NCBI RefSeq assembly: GCF_006345805.1
Contig: NW_021833893.1
Location: 186,001 to 250,000 of the forward strand
Source: Octopus sinensis
Taxonomy: Eukaryota
Reading direction: 5' to 3'
DNA length: 64,000 bases
This document shows, piece by piece, positions 35,668-50,354 of the stretch (position 1 is the stretch's first letter; each line of letters starts with the position of its first letter). Position numbers and translations under genes: made by a program. The notes below the pieces were generated by a model. It had not been told where the DNA came from and ran no database searches. It was given only the letters and a program-made list of their open reading frames with translations.

Positions 35668-38460
35668 ATTTCTTTCATTTGCCACCAGGGGGAAGGATGA
35701 GGGGACAATACAAAGACAGACATAAAGTGTTGGGGGTTTACATATAATTGAATAAAAAGTATACACGGTATACATTAGAAGGGAAGTATACATAGTATAC
35801 AACACTAGAAGAAAAGGAGATAAAGTGACAGCAATGGTGTACCCCCTGATACAGGAGAACCTCTAGGGATAATCGAGGAACACTACCATCCAAGATCACC
35901 CTGGATACCAAGGAGGAGTGCTCTCTACAATTCCTTTCTCCCGGCTCACAGGTCTACACTGAGAGTGGTACCATCCACTCTTGCTATATTTGCAACTTTT
36001 ACCCGCCTTTTGATAAATTCACTCGAGGACAGCAGCTCCCTCTCTACCCTCACTTCCCTTTTCAAGAGACACTTGAAAGAGTCGATGAGAGCTTTACCAA
36101 ATAGGAATGTTTCTGACCTCATTCTTTTCAGCTTCGTCCACCAGACAACCTCTTTCACTACAGTCACGCAATAAAGGAAGACTGCCTTTCCTGCCCGATT
36201 AAAAGAGAGCAGCGGGGCAATCATTATTATGGACTCAGTTGACAGACGGATCTGTCCCACATGCGACAGCAGCTGTTCAACATAACTCCACAAGTCAGCA
36301 ATACTTGCTGGACACTGAACGAGTGCATGCAGAACGGTTTTGTCGGTCTGCGAGCACCTCGGACAAGCCCGTCTGACAGCACATCCGTGCCTGTAGAATT
36401 TATCTCGAACCGGTAGCACTGCCAGGCCAAAGACATCTGAAAATTATGCATAATATTCCTCGACTGGAAAGTCCTCCGGAATAGGCTTATTAGTTCGTCT
36501 TCGTCGACGTCTAGGGTTACCCCGAGGACGTCGTCACACTTCCCCGCAACTAATCCTCTGTATTTAGCTAAAAAGGGAGCTGACAAACCGACCGCCTGAC
36601 CATTGGAACACGTAGCTTCCACAAGAAAATAAACAGGTTAACTCCAATCTAAGCAAGCAGTAACTGGGGCAAGGCAGTACGGTCAGACGATAAATAACGA
36701 CAGAGGCGATGTAGGCATTAGCCACCTCTGCCTGACCTTTCAGGTATAACTTCCTGCCTGCCCATTTCCTGGTAAGACAGTCCACCCTGTTCGTCACCAC
36801 TTCCCAATACTTATCCACCTGGATGTCGGGACCAAACCAAACCAAAACAAACCAAACCCCAAACAGTTTAACTAGTCCGTCAGTCCAGCGGCCAACGGCA
36901 TCGATCTGCCTTTTGCAGGTACCCAGTCGCAATCCTACCGACTTCTCGGTATTGATTTTGGCCCCTGCAACCGATTCATACCCTTTTACAATGCATTCGA
37001 TCATTTCCACTTCGGAGGCGTCCGACACCATAACGGGACGTTGTTCGCGTATGCAGACACTGTCCTCCCGAGTTCAATTTCGAAAGGGAAGCTTCTTAAT
37101 TGTTCCAGCTTCCGCAGCAGTGGCTCCAGAGCCAGAACATACGGAAGAGGTGACAGCCGGCAGCTCTGACTGACTGACAGAACGTGCGATACTAAACGGT
37201 TCCGATTGGTGGCCATTTACTTTGACCACCGAGAAGGTGCCGCAATGCATTGCAACGATCCAGCCTTTGAAAACGGGTCCGAAACAGACCATTTTAACGA
37301 TGGATTCCAAGTAGCAATGGTATACCCTATCCAAAGCTTTCGACCGATCTAAATTTATCAGGGTCCCACTAAAGCCAGTTTTAGTCCCATACCTTTCTAC
37401 GATGCATCGCATAAAGTGGAGGTTGTCATGGATAGATCTGCTCAGGATTGCGCACGCTTGTGCCTCCCCGACCACATGTTAGCACATCTGCTCAGAACAG
37501 TGTAGCACGCGTCCGTCCTGGTCCGTCAAAGACTTGATGGTGGTTATGTATCCACGTCGCGTTTCTACCATTCATCGGACGGCTTTAGTTCCTTCGTATT
37601 TTAGCGCCCTGGCTTTAGCTCTGACAACGCACCCTTTACTAATAGCCTCTTCTGGTTTGCTAACTAGTTTTCCCGCTAACCTATTTCTTTCTATTGCCAA
37701 ATCTTTGCTAAATGCTATCGATTCTACTCCAATCGTTCTCTTCAGAGCGATCCACCACCGGTTGTTGACAGGTAGCCCCTGTCAACTTCCGCTTAAGTAG
37801 TTCGCTAATCCTCTCCCTGTAGTCTTTGCGAATCGGTTTGGACGCATTCAAATACCAGTAACCAGGCCCCTGTCTACGGGTCCTATCTAAATCGACTGAG
37901 CATATCACAAATTTCTGATCTGTGAAGCCGACTAATTTAAATCGTGGACAACCTATGCTATCCTTATCCTCTAACCTAACAAATACTCTGTCTAAATACT
38001 ATCTGGCTGACCAACTGTGCTTGCACCATGTCCACATTGGCACATCAGGGAAATCCAGTCGGTACCTATCAGAAAGCTGGAAAGTCTTGAGCAAGTTTTC
38101 GAGGTTTTTACACCCACTTCTGCTATGTACTAAACCCACCGGTCCTTCTGCACGTCCAAAATACTATTCCACTCCCCCACTAGTACTAAAGTGCGAGACG
38201 TACCCAAGAATGTTTCTAGACGCCTGAAGAAATCTGGCCTTCTAGCCGCTGTTGGGGCATAAGCCGCCACCAGTGTAAAGGCGCTACATTCGCTGCCGTT
38301 CACGTCCAGGACCACCATCTTACCATCCAGGTCCAGGAAGATAGCCTGTACTTGGAAATCTAAGGATTTTCGGAGTAGCACTGCAACACTATCACCCGCT
38401 TCCGATAGACCACAAGATGAGAATACCTCGTAGTTCTCGAAAATAGATGCTAGCGCGTGT
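35668..38460 (-). mobile_element. L1/Tx1-clade LINE (APE + RT + C-terminal Cys motif), defective
   Basis: APE: VAAYAPT, GEWNSILD, GPGYWYLNAS. RT: RSIHDNLH, LINLDRSKALDRV, LSPLPYVLALEPLL, GAKINTEKS. C-terminus: CPRCSQTDKTVLHALVQC. The 3' end abuts a triplet microsatellite. Confidence 0.92.
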
Positions 38461-38519
38461 TTTCCAGAGATTCTACTTTGATGGCTCTTTCTAAGCTATA
38501 CCACCATTTATTGTTGACG

Positions 38520-38870
38520 ATTACCCCTGTTAAAGCTTTCTGAACTAACTCTTTAATCCGGTCTCTGTAAGCTTGGCACGCCGTGAGTGACGTGTTCAGC
38601 TTCCAGTAGCCGGGTCCCTGTCGACGCATGCTATCTTACAGTCATCAATTTGTGATCTGTGTAGCCGACTCTGAAATTGTGGACAACTAATACTATCCCT
38701 ATCTAAAGACCTGCAAAAACTCTGGATGTTCCGATGCGGTTTGCCCATGTCCACATTGGCACATTGGGGAAATCCAGTCGGTACCTGTCAGACAGTTGAA
38801 AATGTCTGAGCAGGTTTGCGAGGCTTTTGCAACCCCCTACGTATTCAACGAAAATAGGCATGGTAGCTCG
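38520..38870 (-). mobile_element. Second, diverged Tx1 endonuclease fragment
   Basis: Homologous to 37850-38110 (shared GGAAATCCAGTCGGTACCT, ATGTCCACATTGGCACAT, GTAGCCG/GAAGCCGACT). Confidence 0.8.
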
Positions 38871-39704
38871 CGGTTCGCTTAGTCTGGATTCAGTAGTCTG
38901 AGGTCGTTGACTAGATGACCTTGTTTCCAAGGGGACCCCAGGCCACGTACGTTTATGCAACCTATTTTAAGTATGACCATATGAGTGGCTGGTAAGGAGA
39001 AAAAAAGAGAAGACTACTTACCGTTAGCACTCTTTCGCTTTTCCTTTTTAATATGTTTCTGTAGTCTTTGAGAAATTCTACAGAAACTTTAATGAATTCA
39101 GTGCTAGGTTTTGCTGTTGAAGCAAAACTGTTTAATGCATTGGGTTGTTGTTGTTGTTGTTGTTGTTGGGTGTTCAGTGTCTTAGTGTTAGAGGTGGTAG
39201 CGGGAAGGGGTTGGATTCACAGGTGTTGCGACGCTAGCAGCGTCCATTAGCAAATTTTCTTTTCTTCTTTTTCTTTCTGTTGCTCAGCGTTGCATGTGCT
39301 AGCAAGACTTTGCCTATCCCTCTCTCTGCCTTTTAAGGCGCGGAGTGAGCGGAGACAATTAATTTTAAAACTTTTCTGGCTGTCTTCCGACAGCAGAGTG
39401 GGGAAGGGAAATCAAAAAGAAGGGAAGAGCTGGCACTCTTCTCCAAGGATATTTTTACAAATTTTAAAATCGAAAATTGAAAAGATAGAAATTTTAAATT
39501 GAAAATTCATCCCAACAGGAGAAAAGTCCCGCCTAATCACTCAGCTCAACAAGTGCCCAATCGGCCTGGCCACATAAATGTAAAACATTTTAAAATACAA
39601 CAATATTATCTGTAAAAATTGCACAAAAACTCACGAATACATGTCCTTCCTCTTTGAAATCCACGAGCAGAGTTCAATAATGGTCGGCTCCAACGTTTAT
39701 CCGA

Positions 39705-40098
39705 GCATTGGGTTCATCAGTTTCCATCCATTCCTCTCGGCTGATGTTTGTGCCGAAAGTGACTTTGGAGTCCAACTTGGTGGTGAAAGAGTCGTGGGCA
39801 GAACTTGCACGGAATAGTCGGTGCAGGTCGAAGATGTTGGAGACGCTCCTTTCTTTTCTTGCGTTTTGCCGTATCATTCTGTTGTCTGTTCTGCTCGAAG
39901 AAGCTGGCTCCATTGCGGATATCAGTCCTCCAAGCTGTCCTATTCATGGCAATCTGTTCCCATGAGGATGACTGGAGGTTAGCTTGAGCCAAGGTCCATT
40001 TAAGGGGGTCTTTAAAACAGAATTTCGGACCTCCACTGGGTCTTATTCCGACTGCAAGTTCTCTGTACAGTATGATCCTTGGGAAACGAGAGGGCTGG
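39705..40098 (-). mobile_element. RTE-BovB-like LINE 3' fragment
   Basis: RFPRIILYRELAVGIRPSGGPKFCFKD...WEQIAMNRTAWR...CKFCPRLFHHQVGLQSHFRHKH (terminal C2H2). Confidence 0.85.
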
Positions 40099-40420
40099 TT
40101 TTGTTTAGGTAGTTTCTTGACCTCCAGTATTGTCAGTTCGTCTTCTTGTAAATCTGTCAAGACAGCCGCCACTAACCAGCTGATGGATATTTCTGGCGGC
40201 ACATTCAGCACCCTCATCTTGGCAAGGTGTTGGCCGCGATAGGCTGGGGATTAAGAAAATGTTATTATTTCTCAAAGTAGTTACTGAATTATATCTAGCT
40301 TCTTCTGTCCCAAATCTCACCTCAATGGTTCCAAACTTATTTCCTCGGGTGATGTGGATCTTTCTGTTCCCACATGCGCATAAGGCATTTTCCACCCACC
40401 GAGACTTCATCTACGTGGAA
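40099..40420 (-). mobile_element. L1/Tx1-type ORF1 fragment
   Basis: Homologous to 22918-23400, and lies upstream in the same orientation as the Tx1 ORF2 at 35.7-38.5 kb. Confidence 0.55.
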
Positions 40421-40719
40421 ACTTTCTATATTTCTCACCGCTGACGCAAAGGATGCACAGGCGATATTTACGTTTTTATATTACATTTCTTTTGTATTTT
40501 TGTTGTTGTTGTTGTTGCTGTCACTGCTGTTGCTGTTGTTGTTCACGTTATCGGTACCGAAAATTTTGACATTGCTTAGAGACGAAACATATATATATAT
40601 ATATAACATCCAATTGTCCAGTCGATACAGGTGATATATGTATATATGTATATATATATATTTATATATATATATATTCTAGTTTCAGCTCAGAGCTGCG
40701 GCCATGCTGATGCACCGCC

Positions 40720-40799
<80 letters not shown>

Positions 40800-41529
40800 T
40801 AAAGTAGGAAAATGCACACACTTTACATAGTTTTAATATATTTTTTAATATCTTTCATTTTGTGTTTGTCGACCGGTTTCGCTTTCACTAATCATGATAT
40901 TAGAATTTATTTAAATAAGTATTTTCTTAAGAAAATAAAAAAATTTTGTTCATGTTGTGTGTGGAGTTTATGAATGAATGATTCAACAAGTAGAAAAATC
41001 TAAGGGAAGGGTCATTGGTGATCGTTATTATTGTGGGCAGGGGAGATAATTGTTCATCTTTTGGGTGGGGGAAAATATATATATACACAAAAATTCAAAA
41101 ACTAGTGTGGTGGGAAGAAATATGTGCAGTGTGGGTATGTAATCGCGAATTAAAATATGCATAGAGATCAAAGTTGGTTATGCATGCATATTTAGACGTG
41201 TTCTGTATTTTTCGATGAATAAATTTTCTTTATTTAAACGTTCTTGTATAGAAATTGTATCTTTTGCACTGGTAGAAGTGGAAAACTGTGTAAGTTGGTT
41301 TGATGTTTCCTGCACATCTCTCTATGTGTTCACTTAAAGGAATTTGCCTTCAGCCTTCAAGTAGATTGGGGCATATTACACAGTTTGGGCGTCCATACTT
41401 TTTAACCGTTAGTTTTGTGGTTGTGTAAAGCTTCGCCTTTGTTAGAAGTTTCTTTAGCATACCCAAAGTGATGTGGCTCTTTCAACTGTTTACAGACAAA
41501 ACTAAACCTATAGATATACAGCTTGTGCG

Positions 41530-41575
<46 letters not shown>

Positions 41576-41576
41576 C

Positions 41577-41607
<31 letters not shown>

Positions 41608-42288
41608 CGAGAGGTGGAGAGAAAGAGAGAGCGGGTGGGGGAGGAAGGGAAAGAAAGAGAGAGCGGGTGGGGGAGGAAGGGAAAGAAAGAGAGAGCATAT
41701 GTTGTGGCTCATATGCTTCACCATTTAGAATGTTCATAGCACGTTTATACTCAGAGGTGTAAAGTCCGTTATATGTGTGTATATTGGTGCCAATGTAATT
41801 AAATCTATATCAAGGTTTCATTCAGATATTCAATGTGGATACCAACGATCCTCAAGGAATGTGAAGTAGAGCTTGCATTTAATCATTCAGTTGCAGACAC
41901 GTGCATATAAACGTTTATATATGACATCGCACACTCGTGTGGATGCATGCGTGTATGATGTGCTTAATGTTCATAGCCTTTAAATATAATCCAAAGAATA
42001 GTAGTTTAGCTACATAATGGTAATATTTGCAAACAGACCAGACCCTAAATATTCGGCCCTGTGTTTGAACAACCTTAAGTTATCTGGCTTTAATAGAAAG
42101 GAAATCTGAGAAGTTTAATTGGCTCTACTCTGAAACCAGTTACAGGGTGTCTCATAACAGGATACGGACTTAGAGCTGCGTATTTCCAAACCACTTGTCA
42201 ATCTTACTCAGTACTACCGCTGATAATGTTATTCAGTGTTCTTATCCATTTCCATTATAGAGATAGAGGTAGTTTATGAACCCTAATT

Positions 42289-42580
42289 CAGTGGTTCTCA
42301 ACCGGGTTCCACATGGCCCTTAGGTGTCCACGTAAGATTTTGTTGTTATGTTGTTAAAGTTTATGGCCAATAAATTGCTTATACTTCTACAATACAAAAA
42401 AATATTTTGACAATTTTTTCTACTATTCCTTAATTTTTTTTAATACAATTCCTAATAATACTTAATTATAAAAATACCGTAAGGTGTTTATTTTATATAC
42501 ACATTGAATGGTTATGAAGTCTTGTAAAGTAAAAGGTGAATCAAAGGGGTCCATAGGGAAAAATTGGTGGAGAACCACTG
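42289..42580. mobile_element. hAT (Charlie-type) MITE
   Basis: TIRs CAGTGGTTCTCAACC ... GGTGGAGAACCACTG; degenerate 8-bp TSD (CCCTAATT/CCCTGTTC). Confidence 0.8.
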
Positions 42581-42604
42581 CCCTGTTCTAACGGTGTTGT
42601 ACCT

Positions 42605-42663
<59 letters not shown>

Positions 42664-43544
42664 TAGCCTTAGCGTCTATAGTAAAGGATAAAAACGGGGA
42701 GTGGGGAGAAGCCCATTAAGTACGCCACACTTTGTATCAAATTTACTTACAGTGGAACGAGTCAGTCCTATATATTTTCCCTCTCATTTTCTCACACTGC
42801 AGCCTTATGTAACAGCTTTCGCCACCCACATTACTCACCACCACACCACTTCGCCTACACCCCTGCTTCACGCCATGCCCACACTTGCATCTTCTCTACC
42901 AACATCCCTACACCGACATTTTTTCTTTTTCGTTCGCCTACTAAGGTTTATTTTTTCATCTAATAATAATGATGGTGGAGTGGATGATGATGAAGTTGAT
43001 GCTGATGAGAACTACTACTATTACCACCACCACCTTTCTTTCTTGCCTTCTTTCTTCATCAGATTGTTTGACGTCAGCAGTGACGTAGGCAAGTGTCAGT
43101 TACTTATGAGCCTCCTCTTATGCTGTTACAGGCATCCTTTTTCTCTCTGCCTTTCAGTTACTACTTTAGTTTTAGTCAGTTAGTTTAGTATACTTAGTGC
43201 TTCATATCTTTACCACCACCACCACCACCACTGACGCCATCAGCAGTTCTTCATAATTCTAACACCATTTCTCTCATCATCAGCAACACCACTATACCAG
43301 CTTTACATAACACGCCAACTGCCACATCAATTCTTTCCCTTTACCACCACCACCACTACCACTATTTATCTGTTTTTAGCCAATGAGTCCTATATTTAGT
43401 TATAGAAGGTTCGGAGTGGAATTTACAGACATGGCCAATGAGATGGTAGAAAAGAATTCACTGACCAAGTCTTTGATGAATAATAACGAGGCACAGGTTT
43501 AAAAATTTTTGCAAACTATTAATATTAATTATAATAGTTTCTAG

Positions 43545-44115
43545 TTTAGCTACAGATCTAGCAATTATGAGGGAAAGGATTAGTTGATTTGATCAACAAT
43601 AGTATTTGACTGGTACCTTATTTTATTCACCTCGAAAAGTTGACCTTGAGAAGATTTTCACTCAGAACGCAAAGAGCCAGAAGAAATACGACAAGAAGTA
43701 TTTTTCAATGTTGTCACAATTCTACCAATCAAATGATGTTGATAATGATGATGTCAATGATGATAATCTTTATTTCCTGGGTACATTAAAAATAATAGAA
43801 AATGTGCCATATAAACAGACATGACAATAAATTTGATGATGTACATAGGCATAATAAGACAGAGGCAACATGTAATGTAACATATTGGTTTTAAATTTTG
43901 GTACAAGGCCAACAATTGTAGGAGAGGGGTAAGTTGATTATATCAGCCCCAATGGGGTCAGTTGATTATACCAACTGGTATAATCAACTTATATTTATAT
44001 AATCAACTTATAATCAACCCTGAAAGACGAAAGGCAAAGTCAACCTCGGTGGTGTTTGAACTCACAAACATAAAACATTGTGCATGGCGTGGTAATGATT
44101 CTGCCACTTCACTGC
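43545..44115 (-). mobile_element. Two degenerate SINE family B copies
   Basis: GAAAGGCAAAGTCAACCTCGG...TTTGAACTC and related motifs matching 57357-57588. Confidence 0.6.
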
Positions 44116-44779
44116 CTTATGTAAAGCAATATATTTGGATGCGTTAACACGTTTAGTTCTCTAAACAAATCTGGCCAATCTCCACAAACAGGGATAAAAA
44201 GCCTCTGTCTAAGTAGGTTTAGTACACTCTTCAACTCCAGCCACCTACTACCCAGAATGCTTTCTTTAACACCTCCCTACCGCTACCACTGCCACTGGCG
44301 CCGCCATCAGCAGTTCTTCATAATTCCAACACCATTTCCCCCATCATCAACAACACTTTTTCCTTTGGTTCCTCAGTGCAATCCTTCGGGTTGATGGAAT
44401 GGATAGAGAGGGAATTTTGCTTACTTCCATTCTAATTTCAAAGTAGCAACCAGTGGTATTCTAGGTAGAGTACTTGTAATAACCATGGTCTTCAAGTCTT
44501 GGGTCTGCTAGTGTTGCTATGTCTGCCATTGCTGCTGCTGTCTGATGTTGTCTTTTGTTTATTTCTCTTGCTTTTCTCCTGAAGTGGATTTTATGGGTCC
44601 TACATTATATCCTACATTATATCAAATGGGTCTTCAACTCTGCACTACTGGTGTCATCAATCTAGTCTTTGCTCCCTCAATAGAGCTGAGTCTTCTGGTT
44701 ATCAGGACAAGGAAAACCATTCAAACTCCATCTGAACATGATATTCTGCTGCTTTCTTTAACTGGATTACAGAAGGACT

Positions 44780-45460
44780 AAGAGACACAGATTGTAAGAC
44801 CAGAAAGACAATGACTATGTATAGGATGTTATATATCTAAGAGACAGTACTGATAAGTTAAACCTATCACAGGAGTAGGGAACGAAAAGGCTGATATCAA
44901 CAAAAGATTATTTGGAAATAGAAAAATATGATATACAAAAGTGTGTGAGAAATAGTAAAAAGAGTCTTATTTCAACTGAAAAGAAGAGAGGAATAAAAAG
45001 GTGTGGAGCCCATGAAAGAAAATACGAAAAGAAGAAAACAAGATGGAGAAAGAAATGTCAGGGGAAAAGAGCTGCACAGTTAATATCTCAGACAAATACA
45101 ATATTTGCAACAGATGAGTCTTGGTTATGGTTGAAGAACAGAGTACTCAATAAGGAAAAAGAACTCCTCATGGCTGCTGAAAGCCAGTCATTGCAAATGA
45201 ATGTCATTAAGGCAAGAACAGACAGAACCATATAAATTGCTTAAGAAAGATAAGGCTGTATGCAAATGAGTTCTTGTAGTCTTTTGGTGCAGAAAGTATA
45301 TAAATGTAGATACAATTGTATAGCCAAGGTATTACACTGAAAAATATGTCTAATTTTGAAGTAGACTGAAAATGGTACCAACACCAACAGGAGAACGTGA
45401 CAGAGAATGATCAGTTTAGGGACTGAGGTCATTGAGCAAATGATCTTGCTTTCAAGCTGA
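44780..45460 (+). mobile_element. R4/Dong-like LINE relic
   Basis: KTRKTMTMY, DESWLWLKN...ELLMAAESQSLQMNVIKARTD, VSSCSLLVQKVYKCRYNCIAKVLH, WYQHQQENVTEND. Confidence 0.7.
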
Positions 45461-45753
45461 CCTTCGACCATATACATTTATAAATATAATCCTGAATATG
45501 GTCATGTTAAAGGAAAAACAGGTGACAGGTCACTCTACTTGGTCAATTTTCTCTTTAGGTATATGTTTTTCCAATGGTCCCTCTGAATTGTCTCTTATTG
45601 ATTATATTCTTGAAAATCCCTACAGTGGACTGGAATTTTTAAAGAAGTGTTCTATAGCCAAGATTTTCTTTAATAATTTGTTTTGGGGAGTTTTGGTGAT
45701 GAATTTCTAAAACTCATCCCCTTTTATTTCCATTTTGTCTTTCAAATGTATAT

Positions 45754-45795
<42 letters not shown>

Positions 45796-46169
45796 AAATA
45801 TAAATTAGAGATAAAACCACTATTATGCAACTCAAATAAGGATAGACATAAACCAATACATAAATAGCAAATGATATATATATATATATATATATATATT
45901 TTATTTTAAAACATATAACATAACTAGATCTCAAAAAGTATAAAATAAATGATAAATATATAATATAATAAAAACACTACGTACGTTTCATGGCTACAAT
46001 TAAATTCGAATTACAATTAAGAATTCAATTGAAATAAATTCGAATTAAAATTATAGTCAATCTTCAGGTTAATTGTAGCCGTGAAATGTACGTAGTGTTT
46101 TTACTTATTATATTATATATTTATCATTCATTTTATACTTTTTGAGATCTAGTTATAAGTTATATATTT

Positions 46170-46218
<49 letters not shown>

Positions 46219-46426
46219 TATTTGTTATTTATGTATTGGTTTATGTCTATCACTGTTTGAGTTGCATAATAGTGGTTTTATCTCTAATTTATATTTTATA
46301 TATTTATACCGTGAAATTTGATTTAATACTAAATTGAATTTTTCCTTGTAAGTTTGAATTATACTCCCTAATATTATTATTATAATTATTATATATACAT
46401 ATATACATGTATATATACATATATAT

Positions 46427-46519
<93 letters not shown>

Positions 46520-46520
<1 letters not shown>

Positions 46521-46655
46521 TTCCTGTTTATTCTTTTACTTGTTTCAGTCATTTGACTGTGGCCATGGTGGAGCACCACCTTTAGCCAAACAAATCGACC
46601 CCGGACTTATTCTTTGTAAGCTGAGTACTTATTCTATTGGGCTCTTTTTGCCGAT
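46520..46655 (-). mobile_element. SINE family A tail fragment
   Basis: TTTCAGTCATTTGACTGTGGCCATG...GACCCCGGACTTATTCTTTGTAAG. Confidence 0.8.
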
Positions 46656-46705
46656 ACATATATAGAAGGTACAGAATATATAGACTGCTGATATATATAT
46701 ATAGA

Positions 46706-46739
<34 letters not shown>

Positions 46740-48449
46740 TATATATATATATATATACATATATATACATATAATCAAAATAAGCAACAAGGATATCCAA
46801 AGGTAATGCAGTACGATCGTTTCATGCGACTCCATTGAGTTAAACAATGCAAGTATTACAACAGTTTTAAAATGTAGAGCAATCTTCAGCTGCATATCAA
46901 TATAGAATTAAGTTAAATTGAAAAGAATCATTTTTATACTTATTATACTTATACTTATTTTATACTTACTTTTATACTTATAAACTGATGTAATACTTGC
47001 ATTGTTTACTTAAATGGAGTCGCATGAAGCGATCATACTGCATTACCTTTGGATATCCTTGTTGCTTATTTTGATTATAATCACCCCAGTTTGAATTATA
47101 TGGATAATTCACCAAATTCTGGTGCCTTTAACTTAAGTATATATATATTCTAACAATTCACTGTCATTTTTATTTACACTGGGGAAGTTGATGAAGTTTG
47201 TCTCTTGAGAATTTGGTTATTTTCTGTTGCTCTTTTTGGTGATTTATCCGTGTTTGTTGTTGTAGTTGTGTGATTTCCTGCTATTTAGTAAAAGTCGTGT
47301 GGTTGTGAACTTGCTTGATGTTGTTGTGGGTTTGGGCTTTGTTGTTTCTGTTGTTTTGATAGTTGTGCCAAAAGTGTGCAGTTTTGTGAGCCTTTTGCTG
47401 GTGTTCCATCCATGTCTTTTACTTTTTTACTCATTTCAGCCATGCGGCTGCGGTCATGCTTGAACACCACCATGTTTCTGTTTTTTCTTTCTTTTGGTCC
47501 TCTATGGACTATCCATCATGTTTGGCATGCCATGCAAAGACAATTTTCACCACCAACCTACTTTCTGCACATCTATATAATAAGAGCCCATCACCTTGCA
47601 AATCTACCCTGTCTCTTTCCCAGAATGTTTTTGTAGGTTATTTAAACTTACTGAAGTACTGTGAAAAACTTTGATACATAAGACATACCACTTGTCATGA
47701 GTGCTCATGTGTGACACAAAGCATCACCATGAGATTATAAATGCTTGCTGTTTCCTATAATAACCAGGTGCCATTTTAATGCAAAGTTGGTGCTGACATC
47801 CTTTGTTAAATCTGACTTGAACAAAAAGACTTGAGAGTAGACCTGCCCCTGCATTGAATGTCAGAAAGCAATGGTACCTTGCCACATGAAGTAACTACTA
47901 AAGACAACTGCGATCTCTAAATGCATGCATCTCATTTTCCTAGGATCACTTCTGTCTTTACATAGACACAGTTATCTATGCATCTACATTGACAGATGAC
48001 TCAAAACAACTCAACTAGTCAACATCACAGCTAAGACCCTTTTTGCTAAAGCCCTTATTCAGCATAATTTTTCTGATACAGGGCACCATTTTACATCATA
48101 ATTGTTAAAGGATGGCAGTTAGAGTCCAACTTAATCACAGGACTGACATGATGGCTAGACTGCAATCAATTCCAAGTAATTTCTTTAAGTTAATTTTATT
48201 TATATAATTTCAGTTATGCAAATTTATTGACCAAAAGTTATTTCTGACTTGTTTTCTTTCTATAAAGCCTTTTCGCAATTGATTGGGTGGTTTGACTACA
48301 TTGTGCTCTCTGGATATTCATGAACAGAGGTAATAAATAAAAAAAGGACATGTTCAAGAGAGAAAGAATGACAACCAGACCAAAATAAAAATCATCTTAT
48401 TTCGAAATCAATGTTAGCATATTTCTGGTTTTAATATTGGTGCCACAAC

Positions 48450-48650
48450 TAAGGTAGCAAGCTGGCAGAATTGTTTGCATGCTTATTGTCTGTCTTTATA
48501 TTCTGAGTTCAAATTTAGCTGATGTCGACTTTGCCTCCCATCCTTTTAGGGGTTGATAAAATAAGTATTAGTTGAACATTGGGGGTGATGTAATCGACTA
48601 GCATCCTCCCACAAAACTTGCTGGTCTTGTGCCAAAATTTGAAGTCAATA
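48450..48650 (+). mobile_element. SINE family B, degenerate
   Basis: GCAAGCTGGCAGAATTG head, TTCTGAGTTCAAAT B-box-like, GTCGACTTTGCCT.CCATCCTTTTAGGGGTTGATAAAATAAGTA. Confidence 0.75.
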
Positions 48651-50354
48651 TTGGTACCACTACTTTTATTGTGACTGCATCTTGAGATATTGTCTTATTG
48701 CTTGAGAGAAGTTCCAACTGCCAAATATTTAAAAACCAGCTGTAAAATGTTGTATGATATATTTCAACAACATCAACATATTTATAGCACTTGTTTGGAA
48801 TATGGAATGCAGAGAGACTACTGACTGGGTGTATTTAGTTTTGAAAATATTTTCCCCAGGTTTTTAGATGAATATTTTCTTTTTCTAAAATTCTGTGCTG
48901 TGTGTTTTTGAATAGGTACACTGCATCTCTGCATGTTGTGAGAAGTAATTTAAAGGGTTGGCATCAAGAAGGGCATCCAGCAATAAAACACAACCTCAAG
49001 AAAACTGTTCAACTTAAATAAATATTGAAAAGTAGAAGTAAAATAATGAGGATCATGATTTTGATCAAACTATCTCTCTTTTAGCTGAAAATGTTATTTA
49101 ATTTATTTCTCTTCATTGTAGATGTTGTCAACAAAGAAATTATGGGTTACATTTGAATTTTTTTGTAAGCCCTATCGTATAATAACTAGATTTTTATAAT
49201 ATACACAGAAGCACAGAGTGACTGTATATTTGGATTATTTATTTTGAAAGGTATAAAGCATTAAGACAAAATGAAGTTGACCAGTTTCTTAGTGAGCATT
49301 ACAATAGCAACAACTATGGCAGACAGTACTTTTATTAAATTTAGTTATTTGAGCTGGCATGAATATAATGGTCCTGTAAAATCAAGCCATATTATCACAA
49401 TCTATTTGCAGAAAGTATATGTTCTTGGTAGTGCTCCAGTTTGGACATAGCCTCTGGCTGGATCAAATAAGAATATAGGAATTTCAAATGACAAAACTTT
49501 GTTAATTAGATGTCACATTATGATACTTCTTTCCTACAACATACCTGCTTGTGAGTAATTAATTCATTTGAATTATAGTAATTTTGGGAAAATTATTTTA
49601 AACAACTTATAATGAACCAGAACATAATGATCAAGAGGGCATTTAGACTCATAATTTTCAGTAACCAGTATTTTTTTAAAATTCTTAGCAACAAAATTTG
49701 TCTAGGTTGTGGTATCCACTTTGGAGTGTCAATTTCATCAACATCATCATCATCCTTTAATATCCATTTTCCATGGGTTGGACATATTTCTCCTTATAAA
49801 ATCTGTTAAACCATATAGGTAAGTGATTAATAAACTATCAATATATTCTACCTCTTTACAATTATTAAGTCTCTTTCTGGTGTCTTTCTTATATTCAGCT
49901 TCCCTAAAGATTTAGTTGATAATATATATATATCACTTTTGGTATAGTTAGCATTCATTTCTAACAGACACTCAGGCTGAAATCTTTTCCATAAAGGGTT
50001 TTAAACCAAGATGTTTTAAATCTTTTTCTAAAGCAGCTTTTTCTTTTTGGAATGGTGCTTTCTATCATTTTCATTGTTGCTGGTTGAAGACAAAATTATG
50101 GTTAATTGCAGATTGTTTTTAGAAACAGAATTTTTCTCACAAAATCTTCAGAGTTATCAATTTCCTCTCAAGAGTTTAAAAAGTAGAAACACTGTACATT
50201 TTAGACTAAGGATCTAGTAAGCAAGAAAACAGGTAAGACCTACCCTCATAAGGTAAAATAGCTCTGCTCAATATGTAGGTAGGAATTCCATACCCTGTAC
50301 CCAGTGCAAATGCACAGGAGCCATAAAAACTACAGATACTTAGCAAGCTCTTTA

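Noticed and set aside
39000-39560. Minus-strand exon-like segment ending in GTAAGT with a polyQ-like run
   Set aside because: The frame is broken by a frameshift and it sits among Tx1 fragments. More likely a LINE 5' region/ORF1 start, but too uncertain to call.
39670-39725. CTGATGA...AAACGTT on the minus strand at the RTE 3' end
   Set aside because: Lacks GAAA and stem I; probably the RTE tail by coincidence.
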